41,463 bases of DNA, taken from Octopus bimaculoides. Taxonomy: Eukaryota. The stretch spans positions 75,360,520-75,401,982 of the forward strand of contig NC_068987.1 in NCBI RefSeq assembly GCF_001194135.2. The letters are read 5' to 3'. A model generated the notes under the pieces. The model did no database searches, was not told where the DNA came from, and saw only the letters and a program-made list of their open reading frames with translations. Every line of letters begins with the position of its first letter. Within the stretch, counting starts at the first letter, position 1. This document shows, piece after piece, positions 1 through 12,300 of this stretch. Position numbers and translations under genes: made by a program.

Positions 1-188
1 AGACGAATTATATTGCAATTTTATCTATAAATATTTTAGTTTAGCAGAATGTTATTCATAATTGTTTCAAATTTTGGCACAAGACCTGAAGATCATTAAT
101 AATCTAATGAAAAATACTTGAATTTCATTGAAGAATATTTCTGTAATTACAGTTTTAGTTAAATATATTTTACTATCTACTTGCTCAG

Positions 189-293
189 ATTCGCCGAACA
201 CACCACCAAAACCTGGTTCATTTTGTTGGCGCCTGTATTGAAAAAAGTGCAGTGTTAATATTGAATGAATACTGTAACAAAGGCAGTCTTCAT
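189..293 (+). CDS. GC exon: kinase-homology domain, [35 protein letters not shown]
   Basis: ctcag|ATT ... CAT|gtaagt; 105 nt, phase 0/0. Confidence 0.95.
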
Positions 294-3200
294 GTAAGTT
301 ATATTTCTGATGTTGTTGCGTACAAGTTCGGTCCAAGATTAAAGTATCTAATATGGCCTTTCTTTTTTAGAACAGTAAAGTGATTTGAGGGAGATTTGAT
401 TTTATTTTTTGAAAATGGCTCGCCCCTTAGGTCGTTTTTTTTTTTAGGTACAAAGCTTAGATTTAGTTGGATAAAGACTGTAATCAAATGATCATTCAAC
501 AAGCAAAAGCAGATGCAAAGTCTACCGTGATGGTGCCTGAGCTTGCAGCCTAGAAAGGGGAAACTAAAAACTGGTACAATATTCCCCGATCACCTTAGTG
601 ATAACCTCAGAAATAACTAACTGAATAGAAAAGAGAAGTGAAAATGGAAGTTCTTGAAAGCAAAGTGAAATATCAGTGTTCTAGTCGGGATTGTAAAAGA
701 TCGTTGCTTGCTGATGCCGTTCGCTGACAGCATACATTTAATCTAAAACTATACAGTTGACGTCATTTTTACAAAGAAGTTGCCCATCGTTTTTAATACT
801 ATACGAAGTATCGACTCTTTAACTCAAATTAATGCTATAATTTAATTATCTATATTTCTAGCATTAGAATTAAGGCTAGAAATTATTGATACAGAATGAA
901 ATTGAAGATAATCGCAATCTTTAACTTAAAGAAACTAGTTGAGAACTACGCTTTGATCAGCCTTAATAGCAGGAATCAATGATAATCTTTAACACACCGA
1001 CCGAAGAAACTTCTCTGTTATTTATAGCAACGAAATACATTTATATATATATAATCTCAGTTGTTTATGATTATATATAAAAAGACCCTTACTCACTATC
1101 TTTCTCAATTGCAATAGGATCTTTTTGCTAACGAAACAGTCACATTGGATCAAGATTTGCGTATTTCTTTCATCAAAGATCTTGTGAAGGTAAGTTCAAC
1201 ACGGTTTTATTTAATAGACAAGATATTTAAAGAAGTTCTTGTACAACTTTAAGCGTTAATAAATTTGGACGTGCATTTGACAGAATTACACCGTAGTAAA
1301 TTTTTTTACAGATTTTATGCTATACATCCAACATGGCTTCCATGTTTCTTGACACATTTTGCGAACCAGTTCTTCCAAATAGGCAAAGACATTCTGTTGT
1401 AGCAGTTCAGTGATTTTATGGAATGTGTCTAAGGTCCTGATTCTCAGCTCACCTAAATAACGTGGCTTCGATGAGTATGCAACTGCTTACACGATTCCAT
1501 AAAAATAGTCCAATAATGTCTGATCGGACGAAATGGGTGATCAAGCAATTGGTCCAGCTGGCTCTATAGAATTACTTGTCTGGAAAAAGCGTCTTTCAAA
1601 AAGCACCGCACGTCCATTCAAATCGAAGTGGCAGAGAGCTCCAGTTTAACGAAAGAAGATACTATCTACAAGATTGAACAATCTTTGTTTAGATATGAGG
1701 AAATTCTGCAACATTAACCACAAGCTGTTGCATTTTTTTTTTTAAAAGAAGAGAGCGATTTTTAGTGAATTTCTGAGAATGAAGTAAACATTGATGGTTG
1801 GATAGGTTTATTCACGTTGCTAGACATTTTGAAGGTTATTTTCCCCACCACAAATTCAACGATTATGGTGATTCACTTTTGCCCAAATGTTGAAAATTAT
1901 TCCATCAGAAAATGCTGATTGCGTGGCACTTCGAGCAAATATCTTCTACAAGTGCTCAAAGCATTGTGAGACGACTAAAGCCCTGTGACTGAATTTGGTA
2001 GGTAAAAATTGTGTGGAAGCTCGTTGTATGTGTTTGTGAGTGTGTGTGTGTATGTGTGTATGTATATATGTGTGTGTGTGTATGTGTGTGTGTGTATGTG
2101 TGTGTGTATGTGTGTGTGTGTATGTGTGTGTATGTGTGTGTTTGTCTCCCTACCGCTTGGCAACAGGAATTGCTTTGTTTACGTTTACTTAGTGGTTCGG
2201 CAAAAGCGACCTATAGAATAAGAACTAGACATTTTTTAATTGCAAATATTCGAGGCGTTTCAGTCATTGGATTACAGCATGGCTGTAATCCAATGACTGA
2301 AACAAGTAAAAGATAAATGATCGCTAAAGATTCACAGGTATTGGCAATTTTTGCCATTGTCTGTTGGCAAAAATCCAGTTTTGCTGTAATATTTGAACCA
2401 CCAATATGCTCTTTAATTACACTTTCAGAAACTTATGCTCTGTTGCTAACAAAATATTTAGTTCAGCAGATGAATGCTTTAGCGATTTTTTTTTGTATTC
2501 TTATCAAATACTTCCTAGACAGCATCTATGCTGGTTAGTAGCTTGATCATGGTTTATCATTCTCAACCCAATTTCTTCAAATTTTGCATCTAACTTTCGT
2601 TGCTCAAATTGCGGCCTGATCACTGACACAACAGTTCCCTTAATTAGAGCTACAAAAATTTCGATACCGAATAATGTTTTTTTTCTTTTTGTTTTTTCAT
2701 TAAGGGAATGATCTTTCTGCACGATTCCGATATAAAGTCGCACGGACGGTTAACCTCTTCCAACTGTGTTATTGATGGACGCTTCGTATTAAAGGTCTCT
2801 GACTATGGACTTGGTCAGCTCTATAAACAGAATATCTCCCCTCCAAAGTTCAGTGAGGAATACAAAAGTTAGTCTTTTTTGCTCGATGTAGCTGCTTTAT
2901 CCATAATTTTCCCGCCGATTTGTACATATTTCTGCCACACACACACACATACACACACAGCCAAACATATATAGAACAATAAGGTTTTGCACAGTCTCTG
3001 TTATATAATTTTTCTCACAAGGCATTGTTTAACCTTGGGCTATGCTAGAAGATACGTTCCCGAGGCACTGCTAAATGGCATCAAACTTAGAAGCGAAATT
3101 CTTAATCACACGGCCATGACAACTCCTGATAGCCAATAAATATGACCATCATTATAAAAAAATAAACATTTCATGTCAGTTCGTGTTTTATCTCATACCT

Positions 3201-3388
3201 TTAATTGTATTTCTATGGATTTTTCGTAAGTGTTTCGCCGACGATTAAATTCTTTATTAGTTGATATATATATATATATATATATATGATCTTGTTTAGG
3301 CATTGCACGACAAATAACCTAGTGTAGAACTCAATATACGCAAGCTTCAGAACGAAACGTTAGTCAGTACAAGCAGTAATGAGAATGA

Positions 3389-3472
<84 letters not shown>

Positions 3473-6400
3473 ATGTGTGTGTGTGTGTGTGTAATCTCGA
3501 ACATAATACGTTAGTAATGTTTCCGAGTTCTCGATTTGAGGTCAATTACTTGTAATTATTTCGCTTCATTCTGCCGCCAATGCGTTTGAAAAGCAAAAGC
3601 ATCTGTGCACTCGGACCAAATGCTCTTTGCCCACCGCTGTGTCGACATCGTTAGAATATGCGAACGCAAAGAAAAGAAGGTAGACTGCATAGTGTTTATA
3701 GTGAAACGTACAGACTGTAACACTACACTTTATACGATCCCTCATTACATGCTGGAGTATGTAGTGTGGTCCTCAGCTGACAGGAGGCATGGAATAATGT
3801 GAAAAACAGTTGTATGGATTGCGTCTAGCTATTCGAGTCAGAAGAAGGCTCCACCAGAGCTGACTCGGAGACTGGACAACAATAACAATTCTAATTCCCA
3901 ATTTTCTCTTACTCAATATTATTATTCTCCATAATTTGTTACTAGTGAAGCAGAAAATAGAAACGTTTTAAGCTTGTTTTTATTCAGTTCATCTTTGTCT
4001 CAGATATATCAGATAATTTCATTACAATTTTTAAGTGCTATGTTGAAGTTTACTGAGTTACAACAGCATGAAAAGTTTTTTGTCTAAATCAAAATGTTGT
4101 AATTTCAGAACTGCTATGGCGAGCTCCAGAACATCTCAGATCTTCGATGCCAGCACGAGGCTCACAGAAAGGTGATGTCTATTCAGTAGGCATCATTATG
4201 CAGGAAATACTTTATGAGTGTCTCCCATTTGAATCTGAAAGTTCGACTTTAACTGAAGAAGGTATATTATCAAATCTTTTCAAATTCTCTAAAAGTAGTT
4301 TTTTTTTGTTTTTGCCACGTGTGCGTGTTTGGGTGTCTGTTAGCGTGAGAGTTTCAGTACGAAGCACGTTGAAATTAGAGAGACACTGGGCTAAATGACA
4401 AGGCGCCAACTGTAAAATTCATATTATATATGAAACTGAGTTGCATAAATGAAATATCAAGCTACCAAGGAATCACCACAATATCAAGATGCATCACGAA
4501 CATGTATTGGTTACTTCTTAAGATAACGGAGTCTTTGTATTTCGTGCTTTTATAGACCCTAATAGTTGAGTGGTACTTTTATTTTATCGATACGTGAAGA
4601 CCAAAAGGCGAAATTATATTTGGCTGCATTTGAACTTGGAACAGAAAGAACTATGACATTTTTGCCGTCGCCCTCATAGCTTCTGCCACTTTACTGTTAT
4701 GTTGTATATTTGACAAACACTCTATTAAGCTGCGATACAAAGCTCAGTTTCTTTCACAAGTTTGGGAAAAGACAAGAATTAAGTATGGCTTCTCAAATCA
4801 CAAAATAAAGACTAAGTTTTTTTTTATCTAAAAGATCCACAAATCTACTTGTTTATAAATTGCAATTTACTATACATTTAAACTGGATTTTCCTTTCCTA
4901 TTCGTATGAGGAGTTAAATCGTTAATTTTCCAGGTGAACTGGATGCAAACGTTTAGGCATCAACACTGTAATAGAATATCTAGAATACTTAAGCGTACTC
5001 TCCTTGGTTTATTCTACAAAGACTATTCATTAAAATATTCTCAGTTATCGCGTCTGCGTAAAGAATAATAATGAGAAACCACTCAAGCGTATTGCTTTAC
5101 AAAACCTTTTTTAACATGTCATCTACAGGATCACTGGTAGTCTTCAGGTAGATCCGTAGAATCGTTAGAATATCGGAAGAAGTCTCTTGCAGTATTTTTT
5201 CGACCCTTTATATTCTGGGTTCAAATCTCGCCGAGGTCAACATTGTCTTTCAAACTTTTGGGTTGATGAAATTCAGTACCGATCAAGTACTAGGGTCGAT
5301 GGTATCGACTAATGCTTCCCCTCAATATTGATTAACTTGAACCCAAATTAGGAACCATTATATTCTTGTTTCAGTCGGTGGACTGCGGTCGGTCCCTTTG
5401 GGGCCTTGAAAGGTCTAGTCGAACATTTGGACCTCGGAACTAATTTTAAGGCCAGTATTCTTTCTCTCGGACACAAACCAACCCTCTCCAATTGTAAAAT
5501 GGTAGGAGAGAAAATGCAAAGACACTCCTTATATACAAACATACATACATACATGCATACANNNNNNNNNNNNNNNNNNNNNNNNNNNNNNNNNNNNNNN
5601 NNNNNNNNNNNNNNNNNNNNNNNNNNNNNNNNNNNNNNNNNNNNNNNNNNNNNNNNNNNNNNNNNNNNNNNNNNNNNNNNNNNNNNNNNNNNNNNNNNNN
5701 NNNNNNNNNNNNNNNNNNNNNNNNNNNNNNNNNNNNNNNNNNNNNNNNNNNNNNNNNNNNNNNNNNNNNNNNNNNNNNNNNNNNNNNNNNNNNNNNNNNN
5801 NNNNNNNNNNNNNNNNNNNNNNNNNNNNNNNNNNNNNNNNNNNNNNNNNNNNNNNNNNNNNNNNNNNNNNNNNNNNNNNNNNNNNNNNNNNNNNNNNNNN
5901 NNNNNNNNNNNNNNNNNNNNNNNNNNNNNNNNNNNNNNNNNNNNNNNNNNNNNNNNNNNNNNNNNNNNNNNNNNNNNNNNNNNNNNNNNNNNNNNNNNNN
6001 NNNNNNNNNNNNNNNNNNNNNNNNNNNNNNNNNNNNNNNNNNNNNNNNNNNNNNNNNNNNNNNNNNNNNNNNNNNNNNNNNNNNNNNNNNNNNNNNNNNN
6101 NNNNNNNNNNNNNNNNNNNNNNNNNNNNNNNNNNNNNNNNNNNNNNNNNNNNNNNNNNNNNNNNNNNNNNNNNNNNNNNNNNNNNNNNNNNNNNNNNNNN
6201 NNNNNNNNNNNNNNNNNNNNNNNNNNNNNNNNNNNNNNNNNNNNNNNNNNNNNNNNNNNNNNNNNNNNNNNNNNNNNNNNNGACGAAAGGCAAAGTAGAC
6301 TTGGAGGTAAAGGGAAGTAAGTACGTCTTAACCAAATAACTGTTTTTTTATTCGATGCACAGTTATAATAAAAACAATTTTACATTAATCTGATGGGTTA

Positions 6401-6487
6401 CTCTATACTTTTGTAGAAAACAAATTTGTTAGTCTTAATGTCAAGGAGTGGTGGGGTTAAATATAAAGATAGTTACACATCTATCTA

Positions 6488-6520
<33 letters not shown>

Positions 6521-9072
6521 TTATGTATCTACCTACTACGGTCTTCTTTCAATTTCTGTCAACTAAATCCATTCACAAAGCTTTGTTCGACCCGGAGCTA
6601 TAATAGGAGACGCTTGCCCAAGGTGCCTCGCAGTGGGACTGAACCCGGGACCATATGGTTGGGAAGCAAACATTTCTTTTTTTTTTACCACAGAGTAACT
6701 AATACTGTTTTTTCAACGCTGTTCACTTCGTTCACTTAGCTTCCAGGATTGATACCAAATCATTTAGGAATGTTGCTTATAATAAAATGGCATCCGGTGT
6801 AGGACTAGGATTTATTTCTCGCGTTTTGTTCACCTGGTTGTCTATATTAGGTACCCATATATTTTAGTAGTGGCTTGTCGTTGTTTAATCCTTTAACCGA
6901 ACTGATCTACGACCAAAAGTATTTCAGTCGTGACAATCTTGTCTTTTCCTATGTGCAGCGAACCCAGAATCATATTATCCACGAGTTCTTTTGTTTTTCG
7001 TTTGTAGGGTGTAATTTGAGGTAGATTTAGCGGCTAAATTTTACAAAACGAGCTATCATTTAGCGGCTCTTTTGCTGAGAATGGTTCATGATATAGAATT
7101 GTATCCGGACCAGGAAGCTTTGGAGATATCTAATGTTTTACTTATTGGTTAAATTAATACAGGATATATATACTTTGAGGGTCGAAATGTGTAGTATTCT
7201 TTTTACACCAATCTAATTTACAATTCATAATAAATTAGTTTCAAATTTCGGTACAAGGCAGAGGATAAGTCGAATACATCAACTCCAATGTTCAGCTGAT
7301 ACTTATTCTATCGGCCCTGAAATGATGGAAGGTAAGTCGACCTGGGCAGAATTTGAACTCAGAACGTAAAGACGGACGAAATGCCGCTAAGCATTTTGTC
7401 TGGCGTGCTAATGATTCTGCCAGTTCGTCGCCTTTGTTGCTAATGATATATTAATGGCGTTTGTGCATCTTCCTTGCTGTAATTCAAGTCTTATTTTCAA
7501 TTTATAGAGGGAAAGATAAAGACATTATGGAGACTCTTTTGGGAAGAATGGAAATGTATGCTTCAAACTTACAGTCCTTGGTTGACGAACGAACTGAACA
7601 GCTAGATTCAGAGCGAAAGAAATTGGAAACACTCTTACATCAAATTCTACCATCGTAAGTATATAACTGAGCATGTTTCTTTAACTATCGCATCAGAGGA
7701 ATAAGGGTAGCGGCCATGATGTAGCGGCCAAGGCTGTCGAGACTGATGGAGTCAAAAAAGTAGATGAAATCATTACACATGAGTTGCTGGTGTAAGAAGG
7801 GCATCTATTTTCAAACTAGAGACCTGCTTCCTGAATACCTGCAGTAGAGTAGATCCCGCTAAAGCCATCCAATGGCCAAATGAACATGCTAAATTGAGCG
7901 ATGGATTAAATGACTTAATATGGTGTCTCATGGTGGTGATGTTGTTAATGCCGTAGCTTTTGATGGTAAATGCGTATGTGTATATAAGTTTAATTGACTA
8001 AGAATGTGCTATCAGATATGCTAGGCTGATACCCATATGTAGCATCTAAATGTAACCAAGCTCGTTGAAACAGATCTATAAATAAATAAATGAGTAAATG
8101 ATCGTAAGGCAACGAAGTTCTGGGACTCGAAAATTCCTTCTTTGTGCTTCTTTTACTTCATTATAAAGGTTTTGCTTACCGGAGACTTAGAAGTTTAACA
8201 TCGTACAAGAACGATACAATCCGTTAATCTTATATTTCTGCCGCCTATAGAACTGAAACCCACTTTTCCAGTCACTGAGGTAAAGCTCTGTGGTCGCCCG
8301 AATTCCTACAAACGTGCACCGGTTTAAAAAAAGGACACTTTGGACAATATGGTCCTAGGTATGCAAAAAGCTAGGATGGGATTAGATCATAAGTCTTTTT
8401 GATCAGATCTCACATGTAAATATACATCAGCAGATCTTTCTAAAATATTTTAACCTGAAGAAAGATCTGGAGTTGCCAAAGTCTTAATCTCCTTTGCACG
8501 AACAGTCCAGCTGTTGGGGTTGTATGAATTCTTCCTTTTCAAACTTTTTTAACTAAAGGCTTTAAGGCTCAGTACAGAAATTTCGGTTTATGGATGTCGA
8601 TCAGAACCTATGATAATCAGCTTCTCCTTCATTTGAAGATCCTTGACTGTATATCTCAGCCCTTGGTATATACATTCACCTATCCGGTCCTAGACGGGAT
8701 GGATAAAGGTTTAGTTGGAGAAGCTAGTCATCATTTGCGAACATGCTCCTTTTCTTGTTGCGTGTTGAATGTTTTCAATCCCTCTCAAACATAAGATCAG
8801 TAAGTGAAAAACTCATTGAATATACAATATCTCTTTCACAAACAGTAGAGAACTGCTTTTCTCTAAGTGATCCATGTGAAAGTTTAACTGGTTAAAACTT
8901 ACGTTCTATTCGTACCATTTGTGGTAACACCCAATTTCCCCGAAGGATAACATAGTTGGGCTGTTGCTGTTGGCATTAATGTTGATATTGTTGAGAACAG
9001 TGGATGGCAGAGGAGAGAGGGAGGGAAGGAGATATATATATATATAGAGAGAGAGAGAGAAAGAGAGAAAAA

Positions 9073-9145
<73 letters not shown>

Positions 9146-9292
9146 NNNNNNNNNNNNNNNNNNNNNNNNNNNNNNNNNNNNNNNNNNNNNNNNNNNNNNN
9201 NNNNNNNNNNNNNNNNNNNNNNNNNNNNNNNNNNNNNNNNNNNNNNNNNNNNNNNNNNNNNNNNNNNNNNNNNNNNNNNNNNNNNNNNNNNN

Positions 9293-9353
<61 letters not shown>

Positions 9354-12300
9354 AGCCCCTTTTACAGACATGCGTATACAGATATAAATGGCCAGCCCTG
9401 ACCATCAGAGCACCTTACATTGATATGGTATATTGATTACTGAAAAAAAAAATAAAAAGGATGAGAGTGCAAATCGGTGTCCACAAAATCAACATTAACA
9501 TTTGTTCTTTTCAGATCAATTGCAAACCAACTGAAGCTCGGTAAACCTGTAGAACCGGAATCCTTTGATTGTGTATCAGTGTTCTTCAGTGATATTGTGG
9601 GATATACAGATCTCTCGTTCAGCAGTACACCTTTAGAGGTAAATCTTATGACATCATTAACATCCTAAGCAGATTTCTTAATTCTACTTACGCGGAATTT
9701 CGTTTTCTTTTCTTCCTATTTCTTTTGTGTAGTGTTTAAATATATTTTTTAATCCTTTTAGAGTTTTAGTTTTAGGGTTGCGGCCATGCTGTCAAAGGTT
9801 TTGGTCGATTGTATTGATCACAATTAATTTTGCTGATATTTACTTTATTTTATCGAGAAAAAAAGGCGAAGTTGAGTGGGTGTAACATGCAAACAAATAT
9901 ATATATATATAAATAATACAGAATGAGACAAGAATGCAAACCATCCATATATATATATATATATATATANNNNNNNNNNNNNNNNNNNNNNNNNNNNNNN
10001 NNNNNNNNNNNNNNNNNNNNNNNNNNNNNNNNNNNNNNNNNNNNNNNNNNNNNNNNNNNNNNNNNNNNNNNNNNNNNNNNNNNNNNNNNNNNNNNNNNNN
10101 NNNNNNNNNNNNNNNNNNNNNNNNNNNNNNNNNNNNNNNNNNNNNNNNNNNNNNNNNNNNNNNNNNNNNNNNNNNNNNNNNNNNNNNNNNNNNNNNNNNN
10201 NNNNNNNNNNNNNNNNNNNNNNNNNNNNNNNNNNNNNNNNNNNNNNNNNNNNNNNNNNNNNNNNNNNNNNNNNNNNNNNNNNNNNNNNNNNNNNNNNNNN
10301 NNNNNNNNNNNNNNNNNNNNNNNNNNNNNNNNNNNNNNNNNNNNNNNNNNNNNNNNNNNNNNNNNNNNNNNNNNNNNNNNNNNNNNNNNNNNNNNNNNNN
10401 NNNNNNNNNNNNNNNNNNNNNNNNNNNNNNNNNNNNNNNNNNNNNNNNNNNNNNNNNNNNNNNNNNNNNNNNNNNNNNNNNNNNNNNNNNNNNNNNNNNN
10501 NNNNNNNNNNNNNNNNNNNNNNNNNNNNNNNNNNNNNNNNNNNNNNNNNNNNNNNNNNNNNNNNNNNNNNNNNNNNNNNNNNNNNNNNNNNNNNNNGTCC
10601 TTGTTTAAGTTGGTGAATGCTGCCATAATTCTTGCCTTCAGTTCACCTTTGGTATTACAAGGAGTTTTGTTCGTGTCGAGTCTGAGGCCGTGTGGGAAGA
10701 TAAATGGAGGCATAACGTCGCCATTGCTAGTGATCTCTCCAAACACCATGATGTTGACTGGATGTTTGATTTTTATCACTCTCGGTACATGTTTTCGGGA
10801 CACGGCAAGCCAACGAATGTTCTATGTTCCCCATCTGTTCGTACTGGAGCTTCCGGCGCGAATGCCAAGCAGTAGAGCATGTCGTTTCAAAATTTCTGGC
10901 ACAATGAATCGTGTCATGATGCTGCTTTTCTCACAGACGGTGCCCAACTGACCCTACAATACTGTGTAGTCGACAGAATCAAAAACAAACCATGCACATG
11001 CGTGAAATTAAAAATATAAAATGACGACAATTTACCCATCACACCATGTGTATGTATGTATGTATGTATGTATGTATGTATTATGTATGTATATATATAT
11101 ATGTNNNNNNNNNNNNNNNNNNNNNNNNNNNNNNNNNNNNNNNNNNNNNNNNNNNNNNNNNNNNNNNNNNNNNNNNNNNNNNNNNNNNNNNNNNNNNNNN
11201 NNNNNNNNNNNNNNNNNNNNNNNNNNNNNNNNNNNNNNNNNNNNNNNNNNNNNNNNNNNNNNNNNNNNNNNNNNNNNNNNNNNNNNNNNNNNNNNNNNNN
11301 NNNNNTATATATATATATATATATATATTCTTAAGCCATCGTCGGCTGTTCGATGATGGCTCAGCTGCCCGTAACTTCGAAGTCACTGTCAATATTCATG
11401 TTTAAGAAGAAGAAATTTATACTCTACAAAAGTATAGTGGAACCCCTCTGATTAATGTAAAATTGTTCTTAATTATAATTGAACATAAAAGCAAACATTA
11501 ATATAATACATATAAAATACATAACAATGAGTCCGACAAAATACAATTTCTCGGACTTACTGTTATTGATCTAACTCGACTCTCAGTCCACCGTCCATAT
11601 TCAGGGCTAAAATATTTTGTTGGTGTGTCGAAAAGACTGACAACCGTAAGCATTAGGAGCTTTGTATCGTCGAGGAGTGTTTTGCTTGCTTTGAGTTGAT
11701 TAGATCTACGGCTTCTTGTTGAGCTGAGGTTAAAGTCCCGAGAATCATCTCCAGTTCGAAAAATCTGTTGATGCCTCAAACTTATTGATTAGCAGGAAAC
11801 TCAAGAGTGGTTCTGTTGTAGCTCGTCTGCTATACGGCTGAACTTTGAGAAAATGGTCTTGTGTTGAGTACAAAATTATTTACGTTATGCAATAAAATGT
11901 TGCAAGGGAAACAAGTACAATATAAAAAGCAGCAAAATAGGAAGTTATCTCCCTTGACAATTTTTTTTAGCGAGAAAGTGACACGCACACAAATACACAT
12001 AAACACACACATACACACGCACACCCATACATTTGAAATTAATTTTATGTAAACAAAATCTTTAAAACTTAGAATGACACTAAAGATTTGCATCAATCTG
12101 TTTTTAAAGATTTCAAAAATATACTTGATTTTTAATTTAAGAATTTTTTTGTGAGTGTATCAAAAATACTTTGACGAGTTTCATTTGTTCTGTCAACTGA
12201 ATTACCTGCGCACTGAATTAGCGCATGAGTAGCTGACCACTCCACACACACATTGTCTCCTCGAAATCTCTGTGTGTGGACATGACTATATATTTGAAAT

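Noticed and set aside
80-120. CTGAAGA followed by a CATTA/TAATG stem
   Set aside because: GAAA and the cleavage site cannot be placed in register with helix I; at best a very decayed hammerhead.
8431-8469. 11-bp inverted repeat CAGATCTTTCT/AGAAAGATCTG
   Set aside because: Short, isolated, and built around a recurring AGATCT palindrome; no further support.
11580-11830. Possible mariner C-terminal relic on the minus strand
   Set aside because: Only vague similarity and no diagnostic motif.
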